In this document: piece by piece, positions 23,603-35,269 of the stretch
Position numbering within the stretch: the stretch's first letter is position 1
Layout of the letters: the number at the start of each line of letters is the position of its first letter
NCBI RefSeq assembly: GCF_001194135.2
Contig: NC_068991.1
Location: forward strand, 74,151,398-74,205,126
DNA from: Octopus bimaculoides
Lineage: Eukaryota
DNA: 53,729 nucleotides
Direction: 5' to 3'
Notes under the pieces: model-generated
Databases searched by the model: none
What the model saw: the letters and a program-made list of their open reading frames with translations, nothing else
What the model was told of the DNA's origin: nothing
Program-made: the position numbers and the translations under genes

Positions 23603-23758
23603 CATTTGAAATTCATCAATGTCCAATTTTTGATCTTCTCCATGATCAAAGTTACCAATCAAATCACGGATTTCATAACCAGCAAGCTTTATGTTGAGTT
23701 GTTCAAGGGCATTATCAAGTTCAGATGCTGTGATGTGCCCACTGTTGTCTTGATCAAT
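23603..23758 (-). CDS. PLS: Plastin exon with both EF-hand loops (most 5' coding exon found)
   Basis: CAG acceptor, GTAACT donor. Reads IDQDNSGHITASELDNALEQLNIKLAGYEIRDLIGNFDHGEDQKLDIDEFQM. Confidence 0.95.
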
Positions 23759-24649
23759 CTGCAAAGAGACAATAATAAGACATTAATATTCATCCACAAA
23801 TACACAATGTTTTATAAAGTTACGTATGGTTTCATATAAGCATCATTCATAAGAACAAAACCAATGTTACATACATGAAGGCAGATGACAGAATGCTTAG
23901 GATGTTGCACTCACAATTGCAAGATAATAGTTTTGATTCCAAGACCCAACAGAGCATTGTGTTCTTGAGCAAGATTATTCATTTCCTTTTACTCCTGTTC
24001 ACTTGGCTGTAAATGAGTAAGTCTGCAACAAACTGGCGCTCTGCTGAGGAGGTTTGTGTGTGATCTTGGTCACTTGTGCAGCATAGAAGCCAGATAACTA
24101 CCCCTATGAGTCTTACAGCTCAAAACAGAAATATCCAAGAACTGATGGTAATGAATGTTTAATAACTAAATATTTCCTACATAAATACCATATCATGGCC
24201 GCCTCTTGCAAATGTGAATGGCCTGGTGACACATACCTTGCTTTTGTTAATTGCTTTAGAGTCCTGGGTAATCGTGAGTAAAAGTAGACATTCTGTCGGA
24301 CCTACTAACTGTGATCCAGCAGAACATAAGAATGTGACAGCTAAAGGGCTGAGAAGGTAACACCAGTATGTAGCTGGTATTCATTTTCAGTAGACAAGAC
24401 TGGTGTGATGTGAAAATGAGTGCCTTTCTCTGGGATAAAATGTGACATTAAGTTCAGTGATCAAATCCGTGCTCATGAGTCTAAAGACCATGTACCTTCA
24501 CTCTACAGAAAAAAAAAAATGTTAGAAAGAAAAAAATAGTTGAAGCAAGGAATAATGTCTGTTAGATGCTCGTGTCTTTTCTTTGACATGCTCTAGAAGA
24601 ACAGTAAACAGAAATTGTGGAACCCTGTTGTATATATCATATACAAGGC

Positions 24650-24860
24650 AGCAAGCTGACAGAATCGTTAGCATGCCGGATGAAATGCTTAGCAGTATTT
24701 TGTCTGCTGTTACGTTCTGTGTTCAAATTCTGCCAAGGTCAACTTTGCCTTTCATCCTTCCGGGGTCGATTAAATAAGTACCAGTTACACACTGGGTCGA
24801 TGTAATCGACTTAATGCCTTTGTCTGTCCCCTCTATGTTTAGCCTCTTGTGGGAAATTTT
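24650..24860 (+). mobile_element. SINE family C
   Basis: Family C motifs. Confidence 0.8.
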
Positions 24861-26330
24861 AAAAAAATGTGTGTGTGTGTATACATATATGTATGTATGT
24901 ATGTGTGTGTGTCTGTTCTCCTCCCTCATGCTGGTTTGTTTAACTTAGACAAATGGACCTCAATACCTTTTTCCCTTTTTTTAAAGTCTGGTGCTGAGTG
25001 AAAACCCCTCAAGGCATTCCCTCCCCCTACACAGTGGTAATTTAGGGACTGAAACAAGTAGAAGATAAAAAGATATGATTCTATAAGAATATATTCATTT
25101 AATGGAACAGCCATTGAACTGAAAGATCAGGCACGAAGACAAATAAATGGAAATAGAATGGATTTCAACTTTTACTCCTGAACCCTCGATATCCCTTGGA
25201 GCCCCATTTTTGTTAAAGGGTCAGTAATATTTCTCTACACTCTCTCTCCTTCTCCCCTGACTTTTTTCCGTTTTACCATCCAATTTAAGCATTCGTTATT
25301 TAGCCTCACATCACCGGAAATGTTGTTCAGGATGTGACCCAAATAAAGAGATACAGTATTGGTCTTGACAGTTATCTATCTATCTGGGGGGTGGGATGGG
25401 AAGAGGGGGAAGGGTAGTGGTGGGAATTAACTATCATTTCACAGGAACATCCACATGGTTGCTCCAAAACAAATTACATGAGAAAATATTTTTTTTAACC
25501 AAAAAGTCATTCTGTTTTAAGTTAAAGCAACAAACAGCAGACCGCGTGGTTAAGGAGTTTGCTTCCGCAACCATGTGGTTGCAGACTCAGTTCCACGTGT
25601 GTGGAACACTTTGGGGTGAATGTGTGTCTTGTAACATAAATCTTGGGTTGGCCAAAGTCACCTTAGCAAAATTTGGTAGTCAGAAGACTTGTGCAGAAGC
25701 ATAGCACATCATCATCATCACCATCAGTATTCTACATACACTCATCCATGCTATGTGCCACAATGGCCAAATGGTTACAGTGCGGCACTCATGATTGTAA
25801 GATTGTTGTTTCAATTCTTAGACTGGGCAGTGCATTGCGTGCTTGGGCAAAAACCTTCATTTCACATTGCTCAGGCCATTCAGTCGTAAATGTGTAATCC
25901 TGCAATGGACTGGCACCCTCTTTAGGCGGCAATGCTGAGATCTTAGTCATTAATAACTGTGGAAACTAGGGGTGTATGGATACCACTTCCTGTTCCCTTT
26001 TATACAGCATCCGGCGTAATGGCAGATTAAGTCTTCACCAGATGGTGAGACTGATCCCTAAATGTGTCATCCGCCGCAATCTGCGCCTGCTGACATCAGG
26101 TTAAGTCTCCGTTAGAAAAATTGCTGATTCTGCAGGATTAGCCGAACAGAATCAGCAATCAACATTCAGGAGATGATGATGATGTCCATGTTGGTATGGG
26201 TCAAATAATGGTTTTACTGAGGAGGTGTTTTAGAGCCGGACACCCTTACTGTCACCAGACCTTTTAATCATCTTTCACAACGAGCAGGGACGTGATGTAC
26301 ACGCTCTAAAGCTGAGATACATCATTCATA

Positions 26331-26589
26331 TTGTAGTAAAGATTGTTTGCCAACATAACATGGCAGTCCTGGTTTAGGACGAACGTTGCTGTAATTTAGC
26401 CCCAGGAAACATAGTATCTCGCTGGCTGTATGACACAATTTGTGTCCTTATATATATATATATATTTTTTTTAGACACAGATCGTGTCGTATAGCCAGCT
26501 GGAGATGATGCCTCCTGGGGCTAAATTACAGCAACATTCGTTCTAAACCAGAACTGCCATGTTATGTTGGCAAAAAATCTTTACTACAA
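26331..26589. mobile_element. Fold-back MITE, related to 19870-20100
   Basis: Arms TTGTAGTAAAGATTGTTTGCCAACATAACATGGCAG...TTTAGCCCCAGG and their reverse complement; (TA)n at the centre. Confidence 0.8.
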
Positions 26590-27296
26590 AGTACTGAGAT
26601 TAAAAAAAAATTTTAAAAAGTAATTTTCATCATTCATATTTCATAGGTAGATACTGATGAGGGGAAATGTAAAGACTCGTAAACAGGCCCCATGTGGTGT
26701 TTGTTCTGCCAAGTTAGACAATCTATTGCCACTCTCGCACTTGGAAATGCAACGAACCAGCAACTGGTCCATGAAATGCCAGCAACCAGCGTCACCATTG
26801 CTCACTAATCTCCATATGAAATATATAAATAAGTAAATGAACACAAAGATATATGTGTGTGTGTATATATATACATACATATATATATACATNNNNNNNN
26901 NNNNNNNNNNNNNNNNNNNNNNNNNNNNNNNNNNNNNNATATATATATATATATATATATATATAATGTTGCTTACATCTGAATTACTAGTGATGTGAAC
27001 TACTTTCTGAGAATAATATGAGCGTGGAAGTAATTAACGAGCTGGGTCATCACAGTAGTTGACAGAGACAGGAACAGTAATTAGAAAGCTTAAAATTTGG
27101 AGTCTGTAGCTATTTATTAGCTAAAAAACAAACAAACAAAATAAATAACACACACATGGACATACTTGCATGTATTTCTGCGAGTGTGTGGATATACACG
27201 CATACATATATATATATATATATACATACACACACACATACATACATGTACACACGTGTTTATAGTTTCCACTGACTCACACCCACTGCTTATATA

Positions 27297-27348
<52 letters not shown>

Positions 27349-28544
27349 CATACATACATATATATATATATACATACATATACATGCATACACACACACA
27401 CATGGTAAATGTGAACAAATGAAATTAGCATGAATGTGTATAGTAACTTATGTCTATTAAAACTGACACATATGTGTGTCCGGAGGGTCGGTGGATGGGT
27501 GTGTATACACACACACACACACACACATATATATATGCTTGGGTGTATATAAATATATAAGTGTGTGCATGTATTATTCATTCATTTGTTTATATTTTCC
27601 ATTCTGGTATGGATTTGGAGTATGTATGTGTGTGCATATATGTACGCACAACAGATAGAAAACAACCATACTTTATACATTATATATTTCTAAAACAATG
27701 TCAACAACAACATTTACTATTTTACACACAGTCTCCTTATGTGCGTGGAAATGGAATCAGAAAGGTGTTGGTTTTTTAATGCAAGACATGTGCACCAGAG
27801 GAGACCATTGACATTAGATCGACAAAGTTTAGTGTGGGCTTAACCCACTTTAAACAATTGGGTAACCGTGTCTAATGTCTCCTTACACACTCCTCTGACA
27901 TCACAATTGTGTTTTGTTTCATCCATTTACAGCTGGTTTTTTAAGTTGACAACCATTTCTCAACAATGCTGCAGGCGTGGCTGTGTGGTGAGAAGCTTGC
28001 TTCCCAAGCACATGCTTTTGGGTTCAATCCCACACTAACTCCAGGCTGACTAAATAAAGCCTTGTGAGTGAGATTGGGAGAAACTGAGAGAAGCCCATTA
28101 TATATATATATATATATATACTTTCGCCACTACAGTTAACATCAGGAAATATGGCAGACATACGTTAATTATAATCCAAATTTTAGCAGATTTTTTGGTG
28201 CTTATCCAAAATGATGAAATGAATACTAATTTTCAAATGAAAAATATTTATTGCTTTAAAATAAAATTAAATGAAGCAAATTTTCTTGTTTTGTATAATT
28301 CCTCCTTTAATTTCTCTGTTGTTTCCTCCTCTGCATCTATGATGATTTATCTCTCATTCAGTGTATAGCATTCTTCTACTCTTTGCCTGCCACCAAGCAT
28401 AGCATGGGCAAACATTCTGAATCTCCTGCATTCAACTCTCCCTCTCTGCCTGAAACAAACTCTATATGATATGAAAGCATGACTGGAGAATTCAACCAAC
28501 CAACATTGGCCATTATTTATTACATAGTGAAGGGCAAAGCAAAC

Positions 28545-28770
28545 TGACCGCATTGTTAGCACGCTGGCCAAAATACTTGGCGGTATTTAGCCCAGCTTTA
28601 CATCCTGAGTTCAAATTCCACCAAGGCTGACTTTTTCCTTTTCATCCTTTGAAGGTCGATGAAATAAGTGCCTGTTGAACTCTGGAGGGGGGGGTCAATG
28701 TAATTGATTACCCCTCCCCTAAAATTGCTGGCCTTGTGCCAAAATTTGAAACTTATTATTATTATTATAT
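28545..28770 (+). mobile_element. SINE family C with (ATT)n tail
   Basis: Family C motifs. Confidence 0.8.
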
Positions 28771-29025
28771 TAGGACATGGGTATCATAATGAGGTTATAA
28801 TTTTTTGGATGATTAATCACATCTTTAGGGATGGATGACATTCTGAAGATATTAAAATAATGTTCTGGGGTTGGGATGATGCCAAGAAAAAGGACAAAAT
28901 GATCAGAAAATGGAATGGGGCCATGGTAGGGGACATGATGTTCTGTAAATAGAATAATACCAAGATAGAGGAAAAGATGTTCTGAAAATGAAATAGTGCC
29001 AAATTAGGACACACTGCTGAGACCC

Positions 29026-29345
29026 CCTTCGGTCATGACTGACCATGGGATTGCACCTAGAAAGTTACCCTCCCAGGCACAAGTCCAGGCAAGGTTGTTT
29101 ATAGATGACCAGCAGTCGCCCATGCATACTGGCTTCCTCTCTCCATGCCACCAGTGTTATCCAAGGGAAAAGCAAAGGGGCCGATACAGCTTGGCACCTG
29201 TGACGTCACAACTCATTTCTACAACTGAGAGAACTGGAACAACGTGAAATAAAGTGTCTTGCTCAAGAACACAACACGCAGCCCGGTCCAGGACTCGAAC
29301 TCACAACAATAGTAAGCTCGATGCTCTAACCACTGAGCCAGACAC
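29026..29345 (-). mobile_element. tRNA-derived SINE family D
   Basis: Minus-strand head GCTCAGTGGTTAGAGC..GAGTTCGAGTCC, then GTGTTCTTGAGCAAGACAC. Related diverged heads at about 23880-24060 and 25760-25920. Confidence 0.75.
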
Positions 29346-29660
29346 CAAATTAAGGCACATGTCCTGAAAATAGGATAGTGCCATGTTAGTGGACAAGAAA
29401 GAAACTTTTTAAACACACACAGCCACAAACACTCTCTGTCTCCACTTCAAAATCTTGTTTAGTGCATAACTAAGAAAGTGAAGTGGCAGAAGGAGAGGCA
29501 GGCTTTAACTTTATAACATTCCTATTTAAAGACACAAGTGGAGAGAGAGAGAAGCAAAAGACAATCCTTGTAAATATCTGAGTTGTCAACAGGAAAAAAA
29601 TATCTTGTTTCGTAAGTTTATAAGGCAGGGATCCTATGATTTGAAAACATTAAAATCCCA

Positions 29661-29878
29661 TTAACCGTTTAAATTTCACACGATTCTGTTAGAGGTGAGG
29701 CATGTTTTGAATTAATCCTATCTCGTAGCTTGGAGATTTCAGATGTGTCATCGAGGTGATTGTTTATTTTTAGAATGACATTGTAGAGAGAGTGCGAGAG
29801 GCCAGACCTGGCAGGTTCTAACATAAAACAAGGGGAATATTTGGGCCAAATATGCCAGTTTAAATGTTAAAGGTTTAA
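29661..29878 (+). mobile_element. piggyBac-like MITE, second family
   Basis: Shares its body with 2233-2660, 15735-15920 and 47340-47558; TTAA-bounded with degenerate TIRs. Confidence 0.65.
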
Positions 29879-30099
29879 CCCTTTTGATACCAAATTTCTC
29901 CAGAAAATACAATGCCTTGTTCCAATTAATTTTGAAATTAACGAAGTAATTAGTAAAATAACTTAGTCGTTATTAAATTGGTGTTTGAAACATAAATTAA
30001 CAAGGAATTTTGATGGAAGGTTTTAATTTAGAAAACTCTAAAACAGGGAGTTTCTATCATAGAGCCGAGTCAGTCTTGGGCAGGTTGGTATTAAAAGGG
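29879..30099. mobile_element. Complete piggyBac-type MITE with TTAA TSDs
   Basis: TTAA(29875-78)-CCCTTTTGATACCAA ... TTGGTATTAAAAGGG-TTAA(30100-03). Confidence 0.85.
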
Positions 30100-30596
30100 T
30101 TAATATGAAGGCAGGAGTTCAGCTAAATCCTTTTTGAACTGTATACAACCTCTATTCAAAAGGGCCAGAGTTCAACCCTAGTTTCTATAGTAACGAACAA
30201 ATCAGGGATTAAAGTTCCCTGAATGGGACTGGTATTGGTACAATGATGGTGAAGGTAGTAAGGTTGGTAACAGTAGTACTGTAAATGGTGGGGGTAGGGG
30301 TGATATTTGTATTGTGAATGTTAATGTTGCTCCAGGCAAGACCTGATTCATTTGATCCAAGACACTCCAGATGTGACCACCTTGTCAGGCAGGTATAACA
30401 AGTAGCTTATTTTTAACTGACTGTCAAAGGCACTAAAACCAGCAACAGTAAACCAGTGACCTATGATATTCTCTCTACTTGTATATTTGGTTACCTCCCT
30501 TTACTTTCTGCGTTCACATCTGACAGAATTGAACTTTGATTTTCTTCTAAGGTTCATAAAATAAGAACCAATCAAAACACTGGATAATACAATTCT

Positions 30597-30838
30597 ATAT
30601 TTAAGAGATGAGGAATTATTTACATTTGACGGATATTTGTCCTCATCTTGTTTGTTGTTAACACAATGTTTCGGCTGATATACCCTCCAGCCTTCATCAG
30701 GTGTCTTGGGCAAATTTCGAACCTGGGTTCTCATTCCTAAGGTATTTTTCAATATTATTATTATTATTCAGGTTACTGTCTGGAATCGAACTCAGAATCT
30801 TGGGGTTACTAGCCCACGCTCTTAACCACTACGCCATT
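30597..30838 (-). mobile_element. tRNA-headed SINE-like element with internal hammerhead motif (copy 2)
   Basis: A box TGGCGTAGTGG 30836-30826, B box AGTTCGATTCC 30792-30782, (AAT)n, then CTGATGA...GAAA motif. Collinear with the copy at 12255-12477. Confidence 0.8.
30660..30705 (-). ncRNA. Minimal type I hammerhead ribozyme motif
   Basis: GACAC-CUGAUGA-A-GGCUG-(10 nt)-CAGCC-GAAA-CAUU-GUGUU. Stems I and II pair; stem III is minimal and carries a C-A mismatch. Confidence 0.65.
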
Positions 30839-31091
30839 TTCACTTTTTACACAGATGGAACTATTGCTTGCTGATAATGAAAATCACAATATGTTTTTTT
30901 AAATTAATAATAAAAAGTTACAAGCATTCAAAATGTATTTTTAGCTAATCAGAAGCTTCAATTGCTCACATAGTGAAAGTCACAACCATTTGTCTCCATG
31001 GTAACAAGGTAGTAAATAATACATAAAACACTAGGAAGAAAAGGTCAGTCACTCAGCCTACTAGAAATAGCAGCAAAATTTTCCTTAAATG

Positions 31092-31370
31092 ATGATAATG
31101 ATGACGGCATAGTTTAACGTCTGCCTTCCATGCTGGCATGGGTGGGACAGTTTGACAAGAGCCAGCCAGGCAGAAGACTTCTGTAACTTTTGGCAGGATT
31201 TTTATAGCTGGATGCCCTTCCTATCACAACCACTCAGCAGAGTGGACTTAGTGCTTTTTATATTGCACAAGCACAGGTGAGGTCAGTTTTGACAAGGGTT
31301 TATACAGCTGGATGCCCTTCTAAACACCAACCACTTTACTGGGTGGACTGGATGTTTTTCAAGTGGCATC
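31092..31370 (-). mobile_element. RTE 3'UTR-related fragment(s)
   Basis: Two copies of AGCTGGATGCCCTTCCT..AACCAC. Confidence 0.7.
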
Positions 31371-32084
31371 TACTCTGACAGGTTCACCAAGTACTTGCAA
31401 GACAAAACAAAAATCTCCTTTGAGAGGGGAGGGGGAATTGGAGGAGGAGATCTTGTGTTGGATGATGAAAGGTTATAGTAAGACAGCAAGGTAGAAACAG
31501 GTGTTTTACTGTAGAGGAGGTACAAGGTTACCTGGCCGGAGAGAGAGAGATCATGTTTAAAAATTGAAATAGACACCACATTGTTTTACAGCATTTCCCT
31601 GTTTGAGGCAGAGGTCATTTGTCATCATGTTGATGATGATGTTGATCTTGAGTATTACCATAGCACAAAGCGATGTTCAGAAAATCTCACGACCTATCAA
31701 TAATTGTATCTAAATCTGATTGTAATCTTGTTCCACTCCTAGAAATCTCGCTCTACCTCAATACTTAACCTTAAAAGGTAAAAAAACAAAGCATTCCGAA
31801 CCTCATAGAAGAAACACTTAAAACTTATTGAACCATGTCAGGTATGCTGGTTATGTGATTTGACAACTTTCAACCTAAAAATAGATCTTAATAGTCAAGT
31901 GGACATATTTGAAAGGTAGAAAACCCCGAAAAAACGAAAAGAATTAAATTATACCTTTAATGAGTTTTTAATTTAGGTAGAACATCAGTAATTTTGAGGG
32001 TTGAAGGTTTAGTCAAAGCCCTTGACCCTAGTACAGTTTTAGCTGGTCATAAAGAATTGGCCTTGCATTTTATGTAAGAAGAAT

Positions 32085-32910
32085 CAAAGTTGGTTTCTGA
32101 ATTTGGCACAATGCCAGCAATTTTTTTTGGGGGGGGGGATTATATTGACCCCGGTACGCAACTGGTACTTATTTTATCAACTCTGAAAAGGATGAAAGGC
32201 AAAGTTGACCTCAGCGGAATTTGAACTCAGAACATAAAGATGGGCGAAAAGTCGCTAAGCATTTTGCCCACCGTGCCACCTTCTGCCAGCTCGCTGCCTT
32301 AAGAAGAATCAATATTAAAAACCAGTCACTGATATTGGTGTGATCTCACATAACAAATCAATAATCAATTAGAAAATTCCTTTGAATTTTGAAAACATTA
32401 TTATTATTATTATTATTATTATCATTATTATTATTATTATTATTAGTAATGATTTCTTTTACAGCCACTGGGGCATCAGAGGGTGTGTGGGGCATTACAA
32501 AGATGGGTTACAATTTGTGTAAGGATTTACAGAAAATTAGGTTAGGAAAGAAAACAATTGTAAAGGTTTCTAATATAGGCACAAGGCTAGCAATTTTGAG
32601 GGGCGGGGGTCTAGTTGATTGCATTGACCCTAGTTGTTGACTGGTACCTTACTGTAATGACACTGAAAGTAGTAGTAGTAGTAATAATAATAATCCTTTC
32701 TACTATAGGCACAAGGCCTGAAATTTTGAGGGAGGAGAACAGTCGATTAGATCGACACCAGTATGCAACTGGTACTTAATTTATTGACCCCGAAAGGATA
32801 AAAGGCAAAGTAGACCTTGGTGGAGTTTGAACTTAAATGCAGCAGCAGACGAAATACCATTAATTATTTCGTCCAATGTGCTAACGATCCTGCCAGTTCG
32901 CCACCTTAAT
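32085..32910 (-). mobile_element. Three SINE family C copies or fragments
   Basis: About 32085-32300, 32565-32645 and 32685-32910, with (AAT)n tails. Confidence 0.8.
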
Positions 32911-34194
32911 AACAATAGTCTTCTATTTTCTACAGGGACAGAGGATGAAAGGGACAGTACAAAGACAAACTACAGGGGTGGGGTTACATGGAAATGGAAA
33001 GAAAGGAAAATAAATGAAATTCATTGAGGAGAGTTTTTCAAAAATTACGTTCTCACAATGAAGAAATTTAACTTTTTGTTTAAAAAGCACAAAAAGAGCA
33101 AATTTTTCCTCTTTTCATTGAAATGGGGGGAAAATAAATGATTAAAAAAAAATGGAACAACAATAATTACAAAATAGAAAGCAAACCAATTTTATTTTCA
33201 ATGATACTTCAAGTTATGCTTTCATCAATTAAGAATAGTAATTATTTGTCTGTGGTGAATGTTACACAGATGCAACCATTCATAGACTGAAATTCCACAA
33301 AAATATACTCAGTAATATTAAAAATAAGTAAAAACGAAATAAAAATAATTCTGTTTTATTCATTTATTCATTGCTTTTTCTCAGTATCTCACTAACGAAT
33401 GAAAGAACTCGTTAAAATAATGAAAAGCATCTTTATTATATAATTTTAATAGTGAAAGAAATTTCTTGAGGAGAATCTCTAAATTATTGGAATTTTTCTA
33501 TTTTTAAGAAATTATAGTCTTTTCTAAAGAAAAATGTTAATTGCGTGTGAGCTACACCATTAAAACGAAGAATCTAAGAATGGTGAAGAAACTGCAAGAA
33601 GGAAAAATATCAATTCTAAATAAGAATTGGCTTGAATGAGGCAGGGTGGAGGGTATGAGAAGAATGACATGGAAGGAGAAATTTTGGTGTAGTTCTTGAA
33701 TACCAAAATATTCTGCAGCAGATCTGAAGGAAAATTTGAACTTTTTGATAATCAATCCACCAGTGACCACCCTATCATACAAACTTTCTGTTTTTAAAGG
33801 AATCTAAATTAAAAAATTCCATCGTAATTTCATGTTGATTTCTGTTTTAAACGCCAGCATAATAATAACGGTGTTATTTCATTATATTCTTCATTGCTCT
33901 CAAAATTATTGAAATAAAAGTAGTGAGTTTTGATGATATTGGTACCAAAAGGGGCTGGGTTAAATAAACAGGTGCAACCACTGAAGCTCACTTTGCAGAC
34001 ATGTAGTTTAGGGGATCAATCCAACTGTGCAGCACATTGGGCTTCTGTTATAACCTGGGCCAGCCAATGCTTTCTGAGTAAATTTGCAAGGCAGAAACTA
34101 TGTATGAATAGCGTACAGAGAATGATAGCATTTAAGCAAAAAGTGTACTGAATTTGACTGGAGTATGACGCTATTTAGCCCAGTGTTGTATATA

Positions 34195-34430
34195 TGCGTA
34201 TATATTTGTGTATGTGTTTGAACTCCCCCTCCCCACATCATCGCTTGACAAACCAGTGTTGATGTGTTTACATCCCCATAACTTAGCAGTTTGGCAAAAG
34301 ACACTGATAGAATAAGTACTAGGCTTACAAAGAATAAGTCCTAGAGTCGACCTATTCGACTAAAATCCTTCAAAGCAGTATTGTGGTGCTCCAGCATGGC
34401 TGCAGTCAAATGACTGAAACAAGTAAAAGA
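34195..34430 (+). mobile_element. SINE family A 3' half
   Basis: Reverse complement of the 3' body of 9697-9880. Confidence 0.85.
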
Positions 34431-35124
34431 ATTTAAATAAAAAAATTCTTTAATCTATGAAGATGCATCTTTGAACCCCCCCCCCCTACCACCACCACCA
34501 CACTTAACTCCTTTGTTCCCAGAACCCACATAATATTTTCAACTGCCCGACTCTCGGGGAGGCGGGGGTTATGGTGCCGCCTGCTGTTTTAGCCAAAATC
34601 AAGTGTACATGACTGTGCAGAGAATGACACAGCCAAAAGTGTAAAGAATGTCTACAGAGTGACAGTTTGGTTTAAAATATACAGGAGATGGCACCAAACC
34701 GAGAATAAGAGGATAGACAGATAAGAAATCAAATTAAATCACCTGCATAAAAGATTCTTTGAGGCCATATATATATATTTAGAAATATGAAGTCTTTAAT
34801 AATAAATCTAAGAACACATTTTTTTTAAAAATGGTTTTTAAACACATTGCCATGTGCTTCACTAAAGATGAGAATTTTTTCAGCTTCACCACTGATGACA
34901 AGCAGAGAAGCAGTAATTGTGAAGAACTGGCGCTAAAAATGAAGTGGGTACTGACCCAGTTCCCAGATTTGGTTAAGTTTTTTTTTCTTTTTTGTTTTTC
35001 TTAAGAGAATGATGATGAAAGACGACTAGTCAGAAGGTTATTTTTTTTTTCTTTCATTTCCACTCCTGCACAACTGTGCGCGCACACACACACACACACA
35101 CAAATACAAACATGTGCGCACATG

Positions 35125-35159
<35 letters not shown>

Positions 35160-35269
35160 CTTGTTAGATAATTAGTGTTAGTACTTCCTCCAACAAAGTG
35201 AACATTTAGAATAACTTAATTGAATGTGTTCGAGTTGAATTGAGCAGGAAAAGAAATCAAGCAAGCTAC

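Noticed and set aside
25478-25510. Alternative plastin first exon MTFWLKKIFSH|GTAATT
   Set aside because: Correct phase and a Phe at -3, but very short, AT-rich, with a modest donor; easily obtained by chance.
31675-31740. RLQSDLDTIIDRS, resembling a LINE RT motif on the minus strand
   Set aside because: Flanking residues do not continue the motif; too short to support.
34884-34971. Possible + strand exon (FTTDDKQRSSNCEELALKMKWVLTQFPDL)
   Set aside because: Plausible acceptor but weak donor, no partner exons and no recognisable homology.
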